Shown here: positions 54,476-64,000 of the stretch, one piece after another | Layout: each line of letters starts with the position of its first letter | Position numbering within the stretch: position 1 is the stretch's first letter | Source of the DNA: Octopus vulgaris | Taxonomy: Eukaryota | Direction: 5' to 3' | Assembly: GCA_951406725.2 (NCBI GenBank) | Contig: OX597817.1 | Coordinates: forward strand, 43,896,001 to 43,960,000 | Length of the DNA stretch: 64,000 nucleotides | The notes under the pieces: generated by a model | What the model saw: the letters and a program-made list of their open reading frames with translations, nothing else | Databases searched by the model: none | What the model was told of the DNA's origin: nothing | Program-made: the position numbers and the translations under genes

Positions 54476-57400
54476 ATTCTACCATCAGCAAGTTTAAAAG
54501 TTCTCTATACTTCAACTATCTTTGTACTCATGATATTATAATTTCTCTGGCATAATTCTCAGTACTAATTATATCCTCTGAGTTGCAGAACTTTACTACT
54601 AGAAGTTATCTGATCACTTCATGGACTTCACATATAGTTCATCTAATGTGAATTACATCTAGTGTATCTAACGTTTTGATACAATCTCCTAGAGATTCCA
54701 GTATATTTTGTGAATTCATAGCTAAAACTCACCACAACTGCAGAAGAAGAAAGATGTAAGCCTACAGAGTAACTGTAGTTAGATAAATGATCTTTTAAGG
54801 AAATGTTCCTATTCTGTGAGAAAAAAATGCACTGTTTGAATACATGAATTTAGAAGATTAAAGATGCATTTTACAGAGAATTAATCACTCATACATGGTC
54901 TTTATAAAAACTAAAGACCATTATTAAGATTACATAAAAACAATCATATGCATAAAAATTCTCTTCTCTAAAAATGACATGGAAATGTTGGAATCATAGT
55001 TAAATGAAGGATGGAAGTATCTATGAGAGGATAATTAATATTCAAATAATCATTCCATTTGCAAGACAATTGCAAATACAATGAGATTACATCAATATTT
55101 GATCAAAATATGAACTCTTCAATCTGAGAAAGAATTCTGTTTTTGAAAAGTATCTTAATAAATTATTGGAAAGTGCATTTTTGTAAAGAATATCCTATAA
55201 ACTACCTATCATCTATACCAACAAATTATACTTCCTATCTCTGCAAATTTCATTCTGGCCTTAAAATCTTTTTGTGTATTTATTAATATATAAGCCAAAT
55301 ACATAGAAAAATGAGGAGACAGCCATTATCAGGTGTATATGGCTTCATATGTATTGTATATAGATCTACACACATCACTGTCATTGTCATCACTGTTAGC
55401 TCTTTCATTCTTTTCTCCTTTTGTTTGTTGTGCTGGTGTGTCTGACAACTGGGAAAACTAATCATTGTATGAAACATGTGCCCACTCAAATTACATCAAA
55501 TATATGGAGTGAGTTGTAGTTGGAACTGGCAGTTTTCTATATTTGTCATTTGTCCTCTTCAATTCTGCAATATTGTTCTTCAATCATTTTGAAGCAACTG
55601 AGATGGTTTAAAATCAGAGTTTATGATCTTCTACTTGTTCTTCCTTGGTTTTGAGATTCAATTTGGCCTTCATAATATGATCTGTTTGAGCTGATCGATC
55701 TTTGTAACATTGCATATGCATACATAAAATACACAGGTACTCCTGTTTGGAAACTCATACACAAACATTTACACATGGAAACAAAAATATGTTTATATAT
55801 ATATATATTTAGAGAGATATATATAGATATTAAACTGGTATGATAACATTGCTATTTAGAGAACATAATAAATTTATCTAAGTGTTCGTTGGAAAGTTAT
55901 CTAAAGGAAGTGAATTTGTAACTGCAACTGATTTTTGTAGAAATAAAGTTACAAGAATTTGGTTAGTAATTAATCTGTTTAGATACCATTTAGAAAATAT
56001 AACTTTGCAATAAAAGCATAGTATTTTGTTTTTCTATCCTTTGTAGCAAAATCCAAAGATTATTTACATACATATCTGTAACAAATATCACCACAACTTT
56101 TCTTTACACTCCTTTTAAAATTTTCCGTTTTTGTTTTCTATATTTAAGTAAACCTTTTAGAAGGATTATAAGAAATCTTCCATTTCTCAGTTTACGTTTT
56201 CTTGAAAATGTTCTGTTCATTTGATAAATTACAAGCTGGGTGAATTTTCATTTTGCTTTATTAGAAACCAATATTTGATTATCTGTATTTCAATTAAATC
56301 ATGCAATAGTTTCTTTCCAAAGTATTGATAACTGATATCATAAAATATATTCTTTAAATTTTTTATTAGTTGATGATGGTACTGATGAAACATAATTAAT
56401 TTGAGTTATTTTCCTTTTCTTAGAAATCTCAATATTTCATACAAATATTTCTATGGTTGATTTCAGTTAAAGTGCAGTTAAAGTAAAGTTTCACATGACT
56501 TTTTAAGATTATGCATATTTAAACAAAGATTTTAATGTATATAAATAGAAGCAAATCCTGGAAAAGTAAATGCTTTACACCTAGTAAATTTTATCCTACT
56601 TTCTAAACAATTAAATATTTATTAATTTACATTTTACAATGTTATCTAATATCTTTCTAAATTGCATTAATTGTAATTTGCTTCAAGTTTGTTGTTGTAC
56701 TGTTCTGTACAAATTGTTTTAGCACCAGATAATGCATGCAATAATAGAATATCAAACTTTTGAATCAAAGTAAATAGATGAGGTGAGTATATTGGGAAAG
56801 ATATATAAAGAGACTGGAGAATGCATTCTGGGGAAGAATGAGATAATTTGGTGCTAGAATATAGTAATTCTAATAGTAGACCAAGTAAAATTTAAGGAAA
56901 AGATGTTGATTGATATATCAAAGATTGCAGGAACATAATCATTGCTATCCTTCCAACTTAATCTAGCATGGAATAATAGTCATTAAATTCATGATGGTAG
57001 TACTAATTATCTAATAGTCAAAAACCTGAATCAATGTAAAAGGTAACACTTAAATGTACTAGTATCTCAGTAATTTCTAATCCATAAAATCAATCTCTGA
57101 CCAGAGTTTATTAACATTTCCTTTTCTACTCATAGAAATGATAGGACTTACAGTAAGAGACATATAAAATCTATATTGCAGCTGATAAGTTTATGCCAAC
57201 AAGTGATGCATATTAAACTTTCTTTATAGCCAAATTGTTAAGTCTAGGAATCATTTATCCTGGAGCTGAAAACAGTTTTATCTATAATTAACATTCAGTT
57301 AATATTTATAATGCCCATAATGCTCTGTGGGTTGGCAGTTGTAACAGCACAATCTAATGCATCTTAATTCAAGTTCTATAGGTTTTCAAAGTTTTATTGC

Positions 57401-57625
57401 CTAAAAGTATGATCATTTCTTGTTTCAGTTAAACTTAATTTTTTTATTCTTACAAATCCACTACTATCATTTGAAATCATTGTTAAACTTTAAATATTGT
57501 CATTCATACACATTACACATTCCTACTCCTAAAAGTCTCCTTTCCATACAATGACTATAAAATATTTTTATTTGACCTGTTTTTGATCTTTATAACACAA
57601 ATATATTTTAGTTACTAGTACTCAC

Positions 57626-57843
57626 TCTCGTGCCACTGCCAAGTTTAATAGTGAATTTAATGGTTCCTGATTCTAACAGCAACTCCATAATATCTTTAGA
57701 TTTTCCTGAGGCAGCAAGGAAGAGCAACCCATGTGGTCTCACAGTGTTGAATCGCAATGATATATCTTCTACTTCAGATTTAGACTCTCCTTCCAATGTT
57801 ATTTTCATGAACTGTGTGCCTTCAAAGTGAAGTGTTGAAGCCA
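57626..57843 (-). CDS. NRXN: alpha-neurexin exon, first part of LNS4 (vASTLHFEGTQFMK...LGSGTR), 218 nt, phase 1-0
   Basis: ttttag|TG acceptor and AGA|gtgagt donor. Resembles neurexin ATVLSYDGSMFMKI...EDVSLRF. Confidence 0.94.
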
Positions 57844-58774
57844 CTAAAAAAATGAAAATTTACATATTATTAATGGATCTTATAAAGTAATTCATAGTAA
57901 AATAATTTTAGAAATTCTTTTTGACCATGGTACATGAACCTAATTCATTAATATAAATAATGTTTGCATTTTGATGTCATTAAAAATTTGATTCTTGTTC
58001 CTTTTAGTTCTATGGAAGTCACACATAGAAATATCCTTTTAACAACTTGCTTTTTATTGAATTATATTTTATAAATTAGTTTGTTTTAATATTCATTCCC
58101 CTTTTGAACAAGATAGCAACTAAAACATTTGCTACAATCAGCTATACACAGACCATGAAAACTAGAATTAAATTAATAATTGTACACAAAAATATTAGTA
58201 TTTAAAAAACATCTAGCTTAGAAAAACAATTATAAAAATAGCAATTATACTGATGATGATAATGATGTTGATTTGTTTATGAATATTTAAATTTAGACAA
58301 CTATGAAATCATCATCATCATGGTAAGTTATTTTTAGAGATTTTAGAAATTTTAAAAGATAAGAAGTCAGTGATTCATGTTCTGCCAGCAGCTAGCCATT
58401 TGTCTTCAGCCAAGAGAATGAATTCTCAAATGTCCCAGTTCTTCTAACTGTAAAGTAGGTAGTTAGCCCCAGGTCAGTCTTGATTTAAAAAATGAATGTA
58501 TCAGTCATATGTCTTGGTGTGACCTTGCAAAATTGATATTTCATAATGTTGTCTCTTTGGCACTGCACATGTCTAGCCTGTTGGTTTGTGGTTGTTGGCT
58601 AGCTATTTATTTAACCATGATCATCCCAAATATTTTCTGCATCTACATGTGCAGACACTAGCTTTGAGTAACAGGGGTCCCTAAAAATCAACTGTTTTCA
58701 TTTAATTTGAAATAACTCACCAGCACATGATGAAACACACTCTCTGGTTTCATAAAGCTAAAATAATAACTTAC

Positions 58775-59561
58775 CATGTTCACATAGAGTACCATAATAT
58801 CCAGTTTGCCTGCAATCACAAATGAATCGATTCCAGCCCTTGGCACAGTTTCCTTGGTGCAAGCAGGGACGTTTCAAGCACTGGGATTTCATGTTTTGAC
58901 ATTCATTTTTCACTCCAGGTACCATTTGTTCGACACTCAATGCAGGTAATTCGAAAGACTCCCCATTCATAAAAAAGTTGGTCAAGCAACCAACAAACCC
59001 ATATCCTAGCACTCCAGCCCATATCTCTTTTGGCAATAAAAATCGATCTTCCCTATCACCGATGCCTCCTAAATAAAGTTTACCATGCGGGCTCAATACG
59101 CTCTTGCCAGGGATTGCATAATCCGTCCTATGTCCATCCACATCGATATACCCCGCTTCTTTTGTCATATTGATGTATATTTCATGTACTGAAGCATCGT
59201 TAATTTTTTGTTCTGTTACTCTCAGCCTTTGGGAGTTTAATCCGATACTGAAAACAAAGAACAAGAAGCCATCTAGCATTTCTACTGCTAAGAAGTCATC
59301 ATGATTCTCGCTCCTACTGTTGTAGAGGAGAACACTGTTTGGTTCGTTGGTTACAAATTTGAGAGATAGGTTGCCTCCTTTGGAAACGTCCCATTTCGGA
59401 AGAGTGATGAATGAGTCGGGCGATGTGAACGTAATAGGTTCTGGATCTATATGAATGTGACATTTTCCAAATTGCACATCCCCAACGACATCGATTAAGT
59501 CATGTTTATCTCTTCCAAGTTCAATCAAATTCAATTCAATACCATCGGCTTTGTAGAAGAC
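58775..59561 (-). CDS. NRXN: alpha-neurexin exon, LNS2 end + LNS3 + EGF2 (VFYKADG...GTLCEH), 787 nt, phase 0-1
   Basis: tttcag|GTC acceptor and G|gtaagt donor. Motifs EPITFTSPDSFITLPKW, DFLAVEMLDG, LYLGG, GFVGC and CLHQGNCAKGWNRFICDCRQTGYYG match the neurexin LNS3-EGF2 region. Confidence 0.96.
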
Positions 59562-59654
59562 CTGAAACACATGTTTAAAGAAAATATACAAATTAGGAAA
59601 AATGTATTAAAGAAAATATAATTGCAGTAAGAAGTATTTTGTTTTGAGATTCAG

Positions 59655-59778
59655 TGTTTAATCCAAATATCATTTGTTTAATATTCAATATGGATTCCCA
59701 TTTATAAAAATGTTGGTTAAGTAATCAACAAACCCATATCACAGCACTCCAACACATATTGCTTTAGGCAATAAAAAT
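59655..59778 (-). pseudogene. degenerate intronic duplicate of part of the neurexin LNS3 exon
   Basis: Direct similarity to ~58905-59042. It translates as FLLPKAICVGVL*YGFVDYLTNIFING versus FLLPKEIWAGVLGYGFVGCLTNFFMNG in the exon. Confidence 0.85.
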
Positions 59779-60769
59779 GCCATAAATGCATAATAAGTTT
59801 AATTTTGTAAGAAGAATAACATGTTGGAGTTCCATTTTATTGACTGTGGAAGAATAAAAGACAAAGTAAAATTAGTTGGAAAATTTGGATATAAATACAA
59901 ATATATAAGAAAATTCTTATGAATGATTCAACAAATAACAAATAATTTTATAAAATCTAGTTTGGTGCCTCAAATGTTTGCATCCAAATATTAAAATAGT
60001 TTGAGAAAAGTGAAAAATAAAATTACGGGATCATCATGTAAGTAGTATTATTCTTTATTCTATATGCCAGTTTGACCCCACCAAAATTATTGTTATAATA
60101 TTTGTAGAATACTTCAACTAGTTTTGTTGATCTTTGAATGAAAAATTAAGGTATATTTCCCCTTTCACACAGTATAAAATGAAAAAACAGTTTTAAGCTG
60201 TAAGATAAGCAGAAATTCAAATAAGGTTTTAGAGAATGATTTTGTACATAATTTAAGAAAGATACTTTTGGTAGAATATTCATAAAACTTATAAAAGCAT
60301 TATAACCTCATTAAAACATGAGATTTTAAATCAGAAACATCATGTTCATCTTTACAATTTCACTTTGATGTAGAATTAAGTTTAATAAGGTCAAAATTTC
60401 ATACTATTGGATTAATGACTTTTAGATCCTGATCTTTTAAAGGAGAAAATGTGAATACATATGATTGTTAAAATACTTCAAAAATCTTGTGTGTAAAATT
60501 GAAAATAATCCACATTTTACTGGTTCATATAAAAATAATTTATTTGCAGTTTGTTATGGATGCAAGAGAAAACAGGTATTTCTCTAACAAACATACTATT
60601 AGCACTGGCTATTTCTTTTATTGATCATGACTGAAATTTTATCATTTATCACAAAGCATAATATTTTATTGACCCATTAGTAGACATAAACTTCATTATT
60701 GTTGTTAATAAAATAACATTTCATAGGAAGTTCAACAATTAAAATAATGTAATTAAAAGACATGCTTAC

Positions 60770-60925
60770 CTTCCTCATACAGCCTTTGAAATTTTGTTTA
60801 AGCTTCGAGCCAGGTAGGTTTAACGTATTGAGACTTCCTCCTAAGAAAAGTACTTTGCTTGAAAGCAAAGTAAACGTTCCAATCGTTGTACCAATTTTCT
60901 TGATTGTATCCACTTGAAAAGTGAT
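60770..60925 (-). CDS. NRXN: alpha-neurexin exon, C-terminal part of LNS2 (ITFQVDTIKK...NFKGCMRK), 156 nt, phase 0-0
   Basis: ctag|ATC acceptor and AAG|gtaagc donor. The peptide resembles neurexin VTISVDG...FYVGGSPSTADLPGS...NFMGCLKE and joins in frame to the next exon. Confidence 0.93.
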
Positions 60926-61345
60926 CTAGATCACGGAATTAAAAATAAGAAAATTAGTTCATGAAAAATGGTTTCATACCATCTGTAAAGGAGACAGAAT
61001 AATTTTAATAAATTATGGAGAAGCAATAAAATTAGCCCACATAAATCGAATATAAATCTCATATATAAATAAATGAGAAAAAAAAAACAAATAAGAAGAT
61101 ACCAATAATAAAATTCATAAAAGACATTGTATATAATTTTTTGGGTAAAATAATTTCTAATGTCAGAAATTTTTTACGATAAGTAAGAAAAAAAAACTGT
61201 ATTCAAAATACAGTATTCTAATGAAAAAACACAAGTAGAAATATAAAAAAACAACATCAAATGGTATTTCCAAAATGGTATATAAATGTATACTTAAATA
61301 TATATACATACATGTGTGTGTGTGTGTGTATGTATATACCTATAT

Positions 61346-61428
<83 letters not shown>

Positions 61429-63419
61429 TATAAATGTTTACACATGCACACACACATACACATGCACCTACACACATATAGCCATATGAATATACGTGAG
61501 TTGATGTTTCTACAGAAATATTCATTTCTTCATTTTACATTTGTTTCTCCAAGCTGACATGGGTTGTATAGATATATATTTGTTGGTACTGTGTAGTTGC
61601 TCTAAACCTGAGAGCACATAATTGTAAATTGAGCCTATTAAACACTGCCATGTCTGCATGCATGCACGCACACACACACACACACACATGTATGTATATA
61701 CATACATATATATATGTATATATACACATACATATGTGTATACATATACATATATATGTATATATATACATTGAGCTAGATAGATGCATACATATATACA
61801 TAAATCATCATCATCATCGTTTAACGTCCGATGATGATGATGATGATGATTTATTATATATATACACATACACACACGTGCACATATATCTATACATACT
61901 ACATTACACCCTACCCCCATCTCTAACAATCTGTCTACCCTCACGTTCTTATAGCTCTTCACCTGCACCTTCTCTCTCCTGCTCCTCTGTCCATATCACC
62001 TCTTGCACCTTGAGGGCTTGCTTTGGCATTTCATCACAACAATTTTACCTTCTTCCCAACAACTTCCACCGTTATACAATGCAGAGTAGTCATTTATCTT
62101 CCTTCCCCATAGCAAGACATTGTGCTTGTCCTGCTATCATACCTTCATCTGCAATACATGATATAACCCAGCTCCCCACTCTCAAATATTTCATCCAATT
62201 AACCAAAGGAGCTTTTCCATTCTCTTTTCTTGTTCTTTGCTTGCCTTGTAAGTTACTTGGCAACCACACTAGTGCTGATGGCAAGGAGAAGCATCCAGTA
62301 CAAAATGTAAAGTAGTTGGTGTTGGGAAGGGCATCCAGCTGTAGAAACTATGCCAAAGCTGACATTGGGGCATGATGCAGCCCTGTTACTTGCTGCATCC
62401 TGTCAAATCATCCAACCTATGCCAGAATGGAAAATGGATGTTCATTGATGATGATGCTCATTGAAGATGATGATGATGATACATGCACGCACACACACAC
62501 ACACACACACACATACACATTAGAAGGATGTAAATAAGTAGATATATAGATTTAATTTATAACTGTGTTTAACAAATTATATTTTGTTGGACTCTCAGTT
62601 ATGGATTACATGTATTAACACTCAGACTTTTTCTGATTGACTTTTTTTTCATCCTAAGTAGATTAAGATATCCCATTGAACTTGCAACCCACTGCAATAT
62701 GCACATACATACAAACACTAGCATAGCTAGAATGCATGCAGCTGGGGATGGCTCTTCTGTTTGCCACCCCCGGACCCTACAAAAACCACATATTGTCTAC
62801 AATAGACCAAAAATTAGTGCCCCTTTAAAAGTTCCACGTGGGGCAGACTGCCCCTACTCCACTAGCTATGCTAGTGCATACAAACATGTATATATGAATG
62901 TATGTGTGTGTATGTAGTCAATGATTAAATGACAACAACACCAAGCCTGTTTAGTGAGTAGGGTGGTCTTTGGACACCCTGCAGAATGAAAAACAAGACC
63001 CTTGAAAGAGTGGATGAACTTAGGAGAGCCAACAGCTATCCAACTGAGACTGCCTAACTGTTGTCAATAAACACTCTGATGTACAACCTGTGGTTTCACA
63101 TGATTACTGGCTATCTAGCTTTGGTCTGTCACAGGTTAAAAATCACAGTGACTTAGAGAGTGGTACTTGAGTTGTTCAGGCATTTATCACTATAATCCAA
63201 TGATGCACAGATGTCTCTTTATAGTAACCTCATTTCTTATTCCATCTACTGCAAATTCTGTAGTGATGTAAGAATGACAATGTGTACAGGCTTAACCAGC
63301 TAGAAATACAGTTAAGCGGATTTGCAGTGAGTCTGAACAGTCATCTGAGAGGTCGTGGATGGAAAGACAGCAATGCTATTGATAATAAGAAAACAAAAAC
63401 AGACAGCAATCATCATATA

Positions 63420-63501
<82 letters not shown>

Positions 63502-63508
63502 AATTTGT

Positions 63509-63721
63509 GTACAAGTGGGTGCTGAAAAGTTCCTGACTTTTGGTAAAAGAAAATACAGTAGGATTATTCAATTATGATTTGATTGAACTTATTCCTCTCT
63601 CAGATTTACACACTTATTGCAGCAGTTATTCAGTTTTTCTAAACCCTGTAAAAGAACTTGGAAGGTTGGGCTTCCAACTGGGCCTTTTGTGATACCCTTA
63701 AACTTTCAGCACATCTTCATA
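63509..63721. mobile_element. Tc1/mariner-like MITE
   Basis: Degenerate terminal inverted repeats taca..gggtgctgaaaagtt / aactttcagcac...cata with TA-like ends. Confidence 0.55.
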
Positions 63722-63853
63722 TATGTGTGTGAGTATGTATATATATATATACATACACATGAATATACATGTGTGTGTGTGTATATATATATATACATAT
63801 ATATATGTATACACACATATATACATACATATATATACATATACATGTATATG

Positions 63854-63925
<72 letters not shown>

Positions 63926-64000
63926 ACTGACACTCTGTTGGTTACAATGTCAAGGGTTCTAGCTGATCTGATTAATGGAACAGCCTGCTCATGAAATTGA

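Overview
This is a very AT-rich, microsatellite-dense animal genomic window. The repeat content (tRNA-derived SINEs, CR1/RTE-type LINE relics and Neptune-type Penelope-like elements inserted in TA arrays) suggests an octopus/coleoid cephalopod, which is an inference. The minus strand carries seven consecutive, phase-compatible GT-AG exons of an alpha-neurexin gene (end of LNS2, LNS3, EGF2, LNS4, LNS5, EGF3) between 60925 and 41639. Two of these exons are absent from the ORF track and several are only partly covered by it. I found no LNS6 exon in 1-41638, so the rest of the window appears to be one intron of more than 41 kb, at the position where vertebrates have the beta-neurexin promoter. The most unusual signal is a set of about ten type I hammerhead-ribozyme motifs from several Penelope-like terminal-repeat families inside that intron. 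Most sit in inverted pairs and are degenerate, but one at 19302-19408 (+, antisense to neurexin) keeps a complete catalytic core and all three stems. Other leads are a perfect 93-bp fold-back, a co-varying 3' stem-loop shared by LINEs and SINEs, a neurexin LNS4 insert with tandem in-frame acceptors, possible secreted-isoform exits and a duplicated exon fragment. All calls were made by eye, without alignments or searches.
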